DNA from: Eledone cirrhosa
Taxonomy: Eukaryota
Direction: 5' to 3'
Assembly (NCBI GenBank): GCA_964016885.1
Contig: OZ024743.1
Location: forward strand, 157,046,001-157,110,000
Length of the DNA stretch: 64,000 nt
Below the pieces are notes generated by a model, which saw only the letters and a list, made by a program, of their open reading frames with translations, had not been told where the DNA came from and searched no databases. Within the stretch, counting starts at the first letter, position 1. Each line of letters opens with the position of its first letter. A program made the translations under genes and the position numbers. Positions 1 to 11,955 of this stretch are shown in pieces.

Positions 1-204
1 TTGTGTTCCATAATTACATATTGTGTTTCAGGAATTCTGAGATCACAGGTGAGATTTTGAAGATGTCCAATGATCTCAGAATCCATGAGTGTGGTATGCT
101 GTCAAAGGGTTTTTATAATCGATCCATGCAGAACTGAGATTTCTGTGTTTATTATGACAGTTCTCAAGGATCATACGATTGATCAAAAGTTGATCTTTGC
201 AACC
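1..204 (-). pseudogene. R4/Dong-like non-LTR retrotransposon RT fragment (5'-truncated; continues beyond window start)
   Basis: Minus-strand translation GCKDQLLINRMILENCHNKHRNLSSAWIDYK/..FDSIPHSWILRSLDIFKISP (one frameshift) is homologous to the RT at 29369-29674. Its 5' junction abuts (ATT)n at 205-220. Confidence 0.8.
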
Positions 205-225
205 ATTATTATTATTATTAGCATT

Positions 226-1460
226 AATATTATTGGCGACCTACGTAGGGAATCGTATTATCGTGAGCTCCGCAAAGGTTTGTTGTTTTCAGTTGTTTCA
301 AATTGCCAGTTATGGAAACTTTTTGTTGTTAAGTGTTTATAGGTTCACATATACTGCTTTTTGAAAAGGACACTCAAATAGATTGGGGCCTTGAGCCCCA
401 AATTTTAATTTTTATAATTATCAAACAAAAACTTTCTTTTAAAAAAAATGGACGGCTCAACGCCATACGAAGCTGACACCCTTCCTCACAAACTAACACC
501 TCACAACAACACCACATTGTAAATATTACTACGGTTGCCAACACTAAAAATATAAGCGGTGTCAATAATTTAAATTTGTCTCATGCAGACATTCATTGCC
601 CGCCATTACAAATAACTGCAGGTTTTAAAGCCGCCACCCCCGCCACCACCACAGCGACAACAGAAACAACAACAAAACTTATTATCTCGTGACATCGAAA
701 TGGATTCAGCCGAACACCACTGACGCCACCACCACCACCACACCTGAAACTAAAAGTATAAATAACAAAAAAAAACAATAACAACAAAAGCAACAACAAC
801 AATAAGAATAACATCAACACCAGCGAAAAACAAAATGTGTCGCTTGCCAAAAACAGCCAAGAAAAACGAAACAATCGAGGTAAGCCAGGATTAATTAAAT
901 GTAGCCAAGCGAATGGTGAAAAAAGATGGGTACAATTTCAGGAGTTAAATTGCTAAGGGTATGGAAGAGCAGGCAGTTTTTATCTGTCTGGTGGCCATGG
1001 CGAAAGAGATAGTATTGTGGACGCGTTTGAAAGGGCTGAAGACGAGCACTTACTTCTTCGGTGATGCCCTAATTAACTTTTTCAAATTTCATTTGAAAAG
1101 GAAAATCAGGGTAAAGAGAGAAGTGCTCTCTTCCCAGCATTTTGTTGAAAGATCGGTGAGAGAGGCAAGAATGGCCCGAGTGAATGGGCCTACTCTGAGT
1201 ATGTGTCTGTAAATTAAAGGTGGAAAACTGGGAGAGGGCACTTGCCTGTGGCTTTTTTAATGGGCTTTCTCCACGAATGTCCCTCGGAAGTCTCCCACCT
1301 TTTGGGGGAATCTTTCATTGTTTCTTTTTTTGTTACATCCTCTGTTTTTTTTTATTTTTTATACGCAATTTCTTTTGTTTGTACCGTCTTGTATTGTCCT
1401 TAATGTCTTACTTTGTGTAAACCCTTGTGGTTAATAAAGAAAGCAGTATTATTATTTTTA
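226..1460 (+). mobile_element. Internally deleted Tx1-type LINE (5' UTR + ORF1 N-terminus joined to ORF2 C-terminus, 3' UTR and ATT tail)
   Basis: 961-1212 encodes EEQAVFICLVAMAKEIVLWTRLKGLKT...ARMARVNGPTL, matching the ORF2 C-terminus of the intact element. The 3' end cccttgtggttaataaagaaagc is followed by ATT repeats. An AAC-rich ORF1-like start lies at ATG 448. Confidence 0.75.
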
Positions 1461-1519
1461 TTTTCTTTCATTATTGTTTCTGAGATATATGCCGAGTGTC
1501 TTCCTGATACCTAGGGCAA

Positions 1520-1559
<40 letters not shown>

Positions 1560-1780
1560 TTTATTATTGTTGTTGGTGAAGACACGCTTCTTATCGCCTC
1601 CAGTTTTGTTTCAACGTGTTACCTCATTTTCAACCGTTCTAAACCTTTTATTCAAGTTTTAAATTTGATAAAATTTAGAAGAAGTGACCCACCTAAGACA
1701 GGGGTTCACTCGTAAATAAAACGGCACCCTTAACGGGGTGTCGTATTTGTGTAAAAATATTTTTTGAAACAAATTTCAAC

Positions 1781-3836
1781 ATGGATAACACAAGAAAGAG
1801 AGAGAGCGCTGTCAGACAACAGAGAGAGAGGGGGAGACTTTATCAGCATGTCAACAAGACAGCGTTCCAGCGGAGGTAAATATAAACGAAAATATTACAA
1901 ATGAGAAGAGGATTGTTACAGATTTAAAATTAACAAATATTTCTAACACAAACAACACCAACAACAACACCAACAATAAAACCAACAACAACACCATCAA
2001 TAACAACAGCAACAACAAAAATAACAGCGGTAAAGTCGAGAACGACAATAACAATGACAATAACAACAGCCACAACAACAATAATAGTAGGAACAGTATC
2101 AACAAAAACAACAATAATAACAACAGCCACAATAACAGTAACAACAGCAACAGTATCAACGAAAACAACAACACCAACACCTGTTCCAACGAAATCATCA
2201 ACAATGATATCGATACCTGTAACAGCGATGTCAGCACCACCAGTAAGACCAGTAGCGGCAGCAATAGTGGTGCTGCTGAAAAAGGGACCACTTTTTTCGC
2301 CTGAAATATCGAGACAGTGTTAGTCACAGAGGAGGAGATGGCAGTCGCAAGGGCCATGGTGACAAGAAGCACCAATAGAGTCTCCCTAAAACCTCCACCC
2401 GAATTTTTCAAGGGCCAGCAGCTACGGACGGTGACTTACCGCACCGTAAGCAAAATCTGACATCGGGTGGAGAGAGCCACGGAGGCTCAAATCCAAAAGG
2501 CCTTGGCGTGCGTCTGGGCACGCAAAACGCACATCACCGGAAGCAGAAAGTACGCCACAGTAGACGTACTTTTCGCCACCCCCCAGGAATCAAAGTCTCA
2601 CTCTTTGGAAAAGCTAAAGAGTGAGGAGATAATCTCGGTGCCCTCCTACTGCGGGAAGAAAATTGTGAGGGTCAAAGTGACCCAGGTACCACCCGACGTG
2701 CCCATACCTTGGCTGGCCGCGTCTGTCCTTGCTGGAATCGAGAACAGGACGACCATGCTGCAATTAGAGAAAATAGGGAGAGAGAACTGGTCAGGTATAG
2801 GCATGCAAATGCTTATACAAACTGACCAGGAATGTATTGACGCTATCCCCGATATCATAGACATCGACGAAGGACTCCAACTCCCTATAAGTGTAGAAGG
2901 AAGACGGCCAAAATGTTATCTCTGTGGGTCGAAGGGTCACCTCAGGGCCTTTTGCCCACAGAAGACAGCGAAGAAGAAGGCTCCTCTCCTTCCAATACCT
3001 GGTCCGATGCTACCAAGAGCAGGGCAGGCAACAAACGCAGAAGCCCCTTCCAGGGTGAGTAAGAGGGCACGTCCGTGGCACCCGTAAAGAGGCCACGGAC
3101 AACTAAAGCAACAGCATCAGTGGCGGCAACACCAGTAGCTACATTTGAAGTAGCTACACCAGCAACAACATTGCCGAAGAGGGCTCCACTACCACCACCA
3201 ACAGCCGTGGAGCACATACCCCTCCCAGACGCTACGGAATCCGATATGGAGTTTGTGACGGGAGTGAAGTTGCAAACGGTCTGCCACAAAAAACAAAAAA
3301 ACAAAAAAAACCTTAGATTCACCATCCAAAAGCGAAGGCACACAAATAGGCTAAAGGCAGCAAGGAAACTTGCAGCAACCCGACCACCATCACCATCAGC
3401 ACCACAAGCACCACCGCCAATAACAACTACACCTCCACCAGCATCACCAAAAACACCAACAACGCAAACAAAACAAAACACACACACCAAACAGCAACAA
3501 GAAGAAAACAGCAAGAAAATCACCCCTCCCCCCCAAAAAAGTTCACAGCCATAACCATGGCAAAAAAAGAACTCATACAATATATAAAGCAGCACACAGA
3601 CATCACAGAAAAAGCTACTGCACCCCACCATACTATGAACTCTCCCGACAAACATAAGCATCATTGAAATCTCAATAGAACAATACAAAACTTTAAAACA
3701 AAAATTACCCAACGCAGTTGGAGACTTCAGGTGGTCTGTTACCAAGAGGATATACACTGACATCCTCTTGGAAACACCCATGACCAGCGAAAGGGACGGT
3801 TCTACTGTCCCTTCACCACACGATCAAGGTAAGTGA
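1781..3836 (+). pseudogene. Tx1 ORF1 (gag-like) pseudogene
   Basis: Asn-rich N-terminus, EGRRPKCYLCGSKGHLRAFCPQ zinc knuckle (ORF 2467-3087) and a Pro/Thr-rich linker; interrupted by stops and frameshifts. Confidence 0.8.
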
Positions 3837-3868
3837 CCCTTTCTCACTTGCCCCGTTTCTCATCCAAC

Positions 3869-6800
3869 ATGGCCGTACTCAAAATAGGCAGTATAAATGC
3901 ACGGGGCCTGGGGTCATCTTGGAAGCAGGATCACCTGCTCAACGACCTCAGGTTACTAAACATAGATGTGGTGGCCATCAGTGTGACCAGAATCTCAGAA
4001 GCACAAGCCTTCACACCGCCCTCGGCGGCTACGATGTATACGCCTCTCCGAGCCTTCCAGGATCGGGGAGAGGGGTTGCCATCCATTCTTGGAGTGGCTT
4101 GGGTCTCGCCATACGAGCCATCTTCCTAGATCCAGAAGGTAAGTCGGTGATGCTGGACGTGAGCGGCAGCGAAGGCAATGCTTTCAGGCTAGTAGCCGTC
4201 TACGCCCCAACAGGGGCAGGATGGCCAGATTTCTTCAGACGTCTAGAGACCTTTCTTGGAACGTCCCGCTCTTTAGTGTTAGTGGGCGACTGGAACAGTA
4301 TCTTCGATGCACGCTGGGATTGTGTGGGGCTAGTGGATAGGGGAGCAGGGTCCAAGAGCCTCACCAACCTGCTCAGACGTTTTGAACTGTCTGACAGGTA
4401 TCGACTGGATCACCCAAATGTACCAATGTTGGCATGGAAAAACCGCATCGGGTCATCCAGATCGTATCTCGATAGGGTATTCTGCAGAGAACTATATGAG
4501 GCTAGTATAAGTTGTCCACAATTTAAAATAGTCGACTACACACACCACAAATTTGTGATCTGTGAAATTGACATAGACAGACTTCATAGACAAGGGTCCG
4601 GTTACAGGAAGCTGAACGCGTCTTTCCCGGCGCGCAAAGCCTACAGAGACCGGATTACCGTATTAGTTAAGATGGCGTTGACGGGTGCGGTCTTCAATAA
4701 CGGGTGGTGGTTCGCCCTGAAAAGGGCAATTAAAGTAGAGTCGATTAGGTTTAGCAAAGGACTAGTGATAGAGGAAAATAGAGTAGAGGGGGAGCTAGTC
4801 AGAAAGCTAGAAGAGGCGTTTAGGACAGGCATGGCAACCGACGTGCTTGCGGCGAGATTGGCACTCGACCAATTCCTCAACGCAAAACACGAAGGCTGAG
4901 TTGTCAGAGATAGAGCGCGTGCTCTGAAACACGTGAGGACAATAGCCGTCCAATGGGCCCGGGTGACAGAGGCGCGACGTGGCAACAAAGCCACATTTCG
5001 GTCTTTGTCTGACCAAAACGGGTGCGTGTTGTTCGAACCCGAGCAGATGTGTGAAGCTTTTCAACAGCACTTTTCAGCAGCACATTTTCAACTGTTCGGG
5101 AGCAGCGGCGGCCCGGATCGGGGCATGGACTTCAGTGCATACCTCGACGGACTGCCTCGGCTCTCGACGACCGCAGCACAGTGTTGCGAAAAGCCAATAA
5201 CAGCCGGTGGAATACGGGAAGCGATGGCTAACTGTATGAGGGGTAAATCGCCAGGTTTGGATGATCTGCCCTACGAGCTTTATGCATTTATGCCAGACTT
5301 GTTCGGTGATCTCTTGGCAGACGTCTACTGCAACTGGCAGCAGAACGGGAGCATTCCCATTTTTGTGAGCCGGGGAGCGGTGGCGCTGCTCAGAAAAGAC
5401 CCGAACAAGTTCAAGCTTTTGGCCAAGGTGTTAGCAACGAGGTTGGCGCTTATCGTCAATGGTCTGGTGGGAGGGCGCAGAAATGCGCCATTCCGGACAG
5501 AACCACACACGACAACCTCCACCTCATGCGATACATCATAGAGAGGGTGGTTAAGGAACCTGGTACTGTTGTGGCCCTGATCAACTTGGATGAATCCAAA
5601 GCATTCGATAGGGTCGACCATGGTACCTGGCGGTGGTCCTCGAGGCAGCCGTTTACGGGCCCGTTTTCAGCGGTTAGATCGCTGCGATGTACAGCGACAT
5701 CTGCTCATTTGTGAGGGTGAACGGTCACCTGTTGCAGCCGTTCAGCAGCATGCGCTCAGTCCGCCAGGATTGCCCCCTCTCGTCCATCTTGTACGTATTG
5801 GCTCTCGAGCCGTTACTGCACAAATTGGGGGCGATGAGGGGCGTCCCATGCGAACCAGGATGCGGGAAATCCGAGTCGGCTTACGCCGACGACGTGACCG
5901 TGGTGGTGTCCAGCACCAGATACGTCCAGATGCTCGGCATCGCTCTCAAGGAATACGAAGCGGTGACAAGAGCAAAGATAAACCCGGAAAAGTCGGTGGG
6001 CTTGTAGCTCGGCACCTGGAGAGGCAAGTCCATGCTATCCAACAGCGTCGTGGGGCGTTGGACGGACGGACCGGTTAAATTTCTCGGGGTCTGGTTCGAA
6101 CCGGACCTCCAGATGGAGAAAAAACTGGAACAAGATGACGAGCAAGGTGGCCTCCTTCACCCAAAAATGAGCCGAGAGGAAGCTGTCCCGGGCGGAGGTG
6201 GCGAATGCTTACATCGCATCCGTCATCTGCTACCGCCTCACTGTCGTCCCTTGCCCCGGCCCAACTCTCACCAAAATGTAGCGCCTCCTCTTCCTCTTTC
6301 TGTGGAAGAGACCGCTCCCATGGTCAGACGATCCATCTGCTGTCAACACCCGTTCCGTGGAGGATTGGGCATGCCATGACTGATGATGCGCAAATATGCG
6401 CTGAGGCTGCCACATCTCTGGTACTTCCTCGACGGTGATCAGGCGTGGTCGCTGTTCGCCAGGCACGTTTTCCCACAGGTCGTCTCCTTGACGGAGCTGC
6501 CATCCTCTGTCAGAAAAATACCGAGGGATAGCGCTTGGAAACTGGAATGTCTCCAGGCGCTCACTGCCCTCTGCCAGCTTAGAGGACTAGTGGAGGGGAA
6601 GAGCGACGACGTTCTCGAAGAGATCCTGGGCGTCGAAGAAGATCAGCTGTTTGCTCACTTCCGGGGAACTTTCAGCCCAGGGCCTATGGATAACTTCCAA
6701 AAATCCCTGGCATGGGAGCGTTCGAGATAAGTTCTACAGGCACGGAAGTGCCGTCAGCCGAGCCTGTCCGAGATCTCGCAGAGCGACGAAACCGTCGTGC

Positions 6801-7165
6801 ACGCACTCGTTCAGTGCCCGAGCATTGTGGAGCTATGTCGAACAGTTGCTGTCGCATGTAGGACTTATCCGGTTATCGACTGAGTCCATTGAGCAGATGG
6901 TCTCGCCGTCTTCCTTCGAGGAGGAAGGGCAGGCGGTTTTCATCTGCCTGATTGCGAAAGAAATTGTGTGGTGGACAAGGTTGAAAGGGTTAAAGACAGA
7001 CACATTCCTCTTCGGCGAATCCCTAATTAATTTTTTCAGGTTTCCCTTGAAGAGGAAAATCAGGGTGGAGAGGCAAATGCTGCCTTCTAGCAGTTTGTTA
7101 AAAGGTGGGTAAATGTAGCGAGAATGGTCCGAGTGAACGGGACCGCTCTGAATATACGTCTGTAG
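3869..7165 (+). pseudogene. Tx1 ORF2 (APE + RT) pseudogene
   Basis: MAVLKIGSINARGL, VYAP, GDWN, SYLDR, KSPGLD, SKAFDRVDH, SVRQDCPLS and YADD motifs spread over several frameshifted ORFs. Confidence 0.9.
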
Positions 7166-7480
7166 TTTTAGAAATGGAAAAATTGAGAGAGGGCGCTTGC
7201 CCTGGTGGTCAGGGTAGCCGTGGTCTTTTGTGTGGTTTTCGCCACGAGTAACCCTCGGAGGTTTCCCCCCAATTGTGGAATTTTTCATTGTTTCAATTTT
7301 CATTTTTATTGTTTATATATATATATGTTTCTATGTCCTTTTTTTCTTTTCTTATATAAATACTAAAAATATTTACACGCACAAAACCCACATCGTACCG
7401 TCCTGTACCGTCCTGTGCCGTCTGTAATGTTTTTCTTGATGTCAGCCCTTGTGGCCAATAAAGAAATCATTATTATTATT

Positions 7481-7821
7481 CTTTTTGTTGAAAGATGGGT
7501 GAGAGAGGCAAGAATGGCCCGAGTGAGTGGACCTACCCTGCCTGTAAATTGAAGGTGGAAAACTGGGATAGGACAATTGCCCTGGTGGTCAGGGTCACCG
7601 TGGCTTTTTAATGGGCTTTCTCCACGATGGCCCTCGCAAGTCTCCCCCTTATTGGGGAATTTTTTCATTGTTCTATTATTACATCCTCTGTTTTTTTTTG
7701 GTTTTTTACACGCAGAAATGCCCTTTTGTACCGTCCTGTATTGTCCTGTACTGTCCTTAATATCTACTTTGTGTAAACACTTATGGGTAATAAAGAAAGC
7801 ATTATTATTATTATTATTATT
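7481..7821 (+). mobile_element. Short 5'-truncated Tx1 copy (3' end only) inserted at the previous copy's ATT tail
   Basis: Last ORF2 codons (FVERWVREARMARVSGPTL), 3' UTR, AATAAA and (ATT)7. Closest in sequence to the 3' end at 1141-1450. Confidence 0.85.
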
Positions 7822-8030
7822 CTTTGAAGCGAAAAGACCTAATATTGTGAGCTCGCGTAATTTTGTTATTTCAACATGTTTCAATTTTTTGTTGTTAATA
7901 TTTTTTTGTTTCGAAAGGAGCATAAGACGTTGGTCTTCAAGAATGGACTCCCCATATTATGTGTGCCTTGGTCCCAAATATCTTAACTTTATACATATAG
8001 TAGACCACCCGTGACCTATTGGTTCACGTT
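7822..8030 (+). mobile_element. Probable Tx1 5' UTR remnant following the ATT tail
   Basis: tattgtgagctcgcgtaattttgttatttcaacatgtttcaatt resembles tatcgtgagctccgcaaaggtttgttgttttcagttgtttcaaatt at about 259-304. Confidence 0.45.
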
Positions 8031-8417
8031 TACTTCAAAATATATTTTTTTAAAATCATGTTCACTTAAAAATAATGTTTAAATAATTAAAATATACACA
8101 AGGATGTATATAATGAGAAATTGAAACTGGAAGGCTTATATATATATATATACGTGTGTATACGTATATATATATACGTGTGTATACGTATATATATATG
8201 TAAATATGATAATAATGGAGCTGCGGCGTTGCAAATGGGTTACATATGAAAAAGTTTGTCCTTCATCAGTGGCCTTCCAACCGTCGTAGGCATTTCGTCG
8301 CTTTAAAGGCCATATACCTCAGGTTGGTGCGAGCAACGGCTAAAAAAAGTCGTTGGGACACGTAAATAAAGGGGACGCTAGGGTAAACAAACAAAATGGT
8401 TTAAGCAACAGAAAGTG

Positions 8418-8418
<1 letters not shown>

Positions 8419-8498
<80 letters not shown>

Positions 8499-8790
8499 GG
8501 GTGTGTTTGTATATATATATATATGTTTGTGTGTGTATATATATATGTGTGTATGTCTGTGATCTATATACACTGGGTATAGACATACACACATACACAC
8601 ACACATATATATATATATATACATGCATACACACATTCACATTTATATATACACAAAAACAACACCAGCTCTCTCTCACTTCCATTCTCCTTCTCTGTCT
8701 TCTCCTCCTCTCTCTATGTCTCTCTTTCAAACTGCTTCCTCACAACCACTATCTCTTTCTCTCTATCCTTCTCTCTGTCTCTCTCTCTGT
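8419..8790. repeat. (TA)n / (CA)n / (TC)n microsatellite block
   Basis: Direct reading. Confidence 0.95.
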
Positions 8791-9278
8791 TTATGAAGGT
8801 ACCCAGAAAAACCCATATATCGGGAACCCGGGCTTCGATTTACGTGAGACTTGTTTTATTCCATTTGTTTTTCCATTTCAGGGGCAACTGCCTTTCAGGG
8901 TCGACTGTCTTTTCCCATTTGGCTGTATTACATTACAGACAAGCAAGCAAGTTATCACAGACTTTTAGAAATATATATATACACACAGTTCAAGAGTAAA
9001 CCAATCCTAAATAGACAGATGGAGATAGGAGAGAAGAGGAGAGGTTGGGGAAGGTGTTAGAAGCCAAAAGCGTAAAGGCATGTGCTCAATGTGCAATATG
9101 CAGTGGGTGGCAGCTAGAGAACTGGGTTAATGCACAGAGCTGGAAATATTCGTTACTTAAGCAAAACAAGACCTCAAAATTCATATGGAAGACGTTAGTT
9201 AAAGAGTGTCAACATAGTTGCAGTTTAATGTAAGGAATAAAGAGTGTACATTAATTGTAGTTTAATGTAAGGAATAAT

Positions 9279-9463
9279 TGTTTCTACTTTAGGCACAAGG
9301 CCAGCAAATTACCCAGTGCATTACTGGTACTTTATTTTATCGACCCCGTAAGGATGAAAGGCAAAGTCAACCTCGGCGGGATTTGAACTCAGATCGTAAA
9401 GGGACGTAACTATGCTGGAAAGCATGGCGTCCGACCTTCTACCGATACTGCCAATCCACCGCC
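9279..9463 (-). mobile_element. tRNA-derived SINE (family 1), full length, 15-bp TSD
   Basis: The minus strand has a box A-like TGGCAGTATCGG, box B GAGTTCAAATCC, a central gcctttcatccttacggggtcgataaaat (Meta-domain-like from memory) and tail gaaacaATTATT. TSD aatgtaaggaataat at 9264-9278 and 9464-9478. Confidence 0.85.
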
Positions 9464-9674
9464 AATGTAAGGAATAATGATGTCCGTTTACAATTGTTTC
9501 GCTACTCCATATAATGTTTCTGGATCAATTGATTATTAGATCGTTATTTATATGGTTCAGAGGAAGGTAAGTAAATTAAGTAATGTCATGGAGCAGTTCT
9601 TCGGAATGTCAGATGAGATAATGAAAATATTGATATAGATAAGACGGAATAAGAAATATATATATATATATATA

Positions 9675-11955
9675 TTGTTATACTTTGGGAGGGTCGTGTT
9701 GCCAATAAGAAACACATGCACCAGCTGCTTTCACTTCAATTTATTATAATAACTTTATAAATTTAGGAATTTATAAATTTGCGGTTGGTTCGCAACCATA
9801 TGATTGTTTATATATATATATTGTCAAAGTTCTTTCGTCACACATTCTGTGACCTCTTCAGTGACTGGGGATTCTTTTCTTTGTTTTTGTGCCTCTCCTT
9901 TGTTCTGTCCTACGCCATCTTGTTTGTGTGTGTGTCTTGTGTGCTTAGTTTGCGCATGTGTTACATCCGGGTGTCAGTGAGTGTTTATATTCGTTTAATT
10001 ATTTGTTTATTTACATGTTACCGGTTGGTTGTTTGTTCTATGTGCGTGGTTGTGTTCATTTTGTCCTTAATTGTAAGTTGTGTTGTTGCTGTTCCACTCG
10101 TGTTTTCTATTTAATTTTGGTTGGAGTTCATTTATGTTTATTGCCTATGTGATTTGTCTAAACATTGCGTCTTTTCTGTGTGTAGATTCTATTTTTATTT
10201 CTATGTTCTCTAATTTACCCTTATGTTCTATTTTAGCATGTTGGTAGAGTACAGATAATTCTTTACTATCTTGACGGTCTCGCCAGTGTTCATTTATCCG
10301 TTCCCCTATACTACGAGCTGTCTCACCTATGTACACTATATTTTTATCTTTACATAGTCCTTCAGTACCTCTTATGCTATATACTACATTTCTAGTTTTA
10401 CCGTTAATATGGGGGCTTAATTTACAGATTATACATTACTTATCTATACAGGGAGGTCTTTGAAAAGGGTATGTATTGCTAATAAGTATTTTTATGGAGG
10501 TACCTGGTCTTTCTACTATCTTAATATTGAGTTTATGTTGATCTAGGGCCCTTCTAAATTTGTAAGCCAATTCACCTCTCGGGGTTGTATCGATGAACAT
10601 TACACTCTGGTATTTATTGCTATCATACCATGAGTTTATTCTATTAGTCTTATTCCTAGTTCTTTATATTCTATTCCAAAATTTGCTCCTATACAAGGGG
10701 CAGGTCCAATTTGTGTCATTATTTACCATTTGTTCCCATTTGGTTCTGGCTCCTCTATACACTCTGATTTTATCTCTCTGATTGTAGCCAGAGAACTGCA
10801 TACGGTGGATGAAGTGTTGTATGTGTCTCTCTAGTTCTTTGGGGTTGCACATGCGGGACGCGTTTCTCATCACCCGTATCAAATCCGCAATCAGTATGTT
10901 GATTTTGGTATGGTCCGAAACAGCTGAGTTTCGGTGGATCAGATATTTGGAAGTCATGGGTTTGGCATAATGGGAATGGAGGATTTGTTTTTTGTTATTA
11001 ATGGTATCTAACCATAGCTCTGTGTCTAGTACGGGTAATGGATGGTTGGGGTGTTTGATTGGGTAGTCTATAGTAACTCTAATACTCTGGTGGATGGAGT
11101 TAGCTATTTGCTGGTTGCTTTCCATTGTGTTTTTCTCTAATTCCTGACTGTTCTCTAGTGGGGGTGTTTTAACTACGATGTTTATATCATCAACGTAGCG
11201 GAGTACATAATCAGGGTTAAGGGGTCTTCTAATTGTTCTTTAAGTTTAAGTTTAAGTCTACTGACCCACCATACCATGAATAGGTTAGCTATGTCGCCTG
11301 CAATGCTAACACCAATGGCTGCTCCCTCCGCTCGGGCATATATTTTTCCATTAAATTTGAACATATGTTATTTAAGGGTTAATTTTATGCTGGCCCCCAC
11401 CGCATGTGCGATCATTTTCTTTAGTTCATCGTTGTTTTCGGGGGTCTGTATGGTTCTGGTGCACCCGTTCCATCTATATGTGTGGGTTTTCTTGGCCATT
11501 GAGGTAATGGTAGGTGGTCTGCCTCTTGCTGGTCTAGTAGGGCACAGGTTGCTAAGGCCATATGTATCTAGATAATTATTACTATAGGAAAGTTTAAGTA
11601 GGAGTCCCAGCTCACTTCTATCAACCCCACAGAATTCAACATTGCTCTCACTGATCATTATTAAGCATTTCTCCACAGCAAAATCCACGTCAATAAATGG
11701 ATACAGGGACACAACATCCATACTACCTATTATGCAGTTTGTTAGGTCCCTAGGTCGGTTACTCTCGCCGATTCTGCTGAGGAGGTCCTCCGTGCTGTCA
11801 CATATATCTGGGGACATTTCAATGATGGGGCGTATGATCAGGGAGAGGAAGTATGAACATCTGTAGTTGCTAGCAATGCTAGCTCCACAGACTGGCCGTG
11901 TTGGTGGTCCTGAGACAGGGTCCCTGCTCGTTTTATGGTCTTTTCGAAGACCATA
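9675..11955 (-). mobile_element. Penelope-like element (RT + C-terminal GIY-YIG), 5'-truncated and degenerate
   Basis: RT motifs RPVCG, SMDVVSLYP, FKFNGKIY..EGAAIG and LPVLDTELW; GIY-YIG NVVY..YIGETARSIGERINEH; 3' pseudo-LTR with a hammerhead motif, ending at (TA)n. Confidence 0.88.
9823..9865 (-). ncRNA. Minimal type I hammerhead ribozyme motif in the PLE pseudo-LTR
   Basis: Minus strand GUCA CUGAAGA G GUCACA gaaug UGUGAC GAAA GAAC UU UGAC: 4-bp stem I, 6-bp stem II, minimal stem III, CUU triplet. Confidence 0.7.

Larger units (their letters stand above)
1575..7480 (+). mobile_element. Full-length but degenerate Tx1-type LINE, divergent subfamily
   Basis: Begins after (TTA)n 1524-1570. ORF1 remnants include CYLCGSKGHLRAFC, and ORF2 remnants are collinear with the intact ORF2. 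Ends gcccttgtggccaataaagaaatc(ATT)4. Confidence 0.9.

Noticed and set aside
8221-8275. Minus-strand CUGAUGA between (TA)n runs as a hammerhead
   Set aside because: No downstream GAAA or closing stems.
8870-8910. Minus-strand CUGAA-AGGCA-GU-UGCC-CCU-GAAA hammerhead-like string
   Set aside because: The core is incomplete and there is no stem I/III or cleavage triplet.
8340-8968. YI/CV-repeat ORFs here and at 28062-28328, 60593-60959, 61935-62256
   Set aside because: These are translations of (TA)n/(CA)n/(GA)n microsatellites.
9360-9463. tRNA gene (box A/box B)
   Set aside because: The boxes belong to a SINE head; there is no cloverleaf, and it has a SINE body, tail and TSD.
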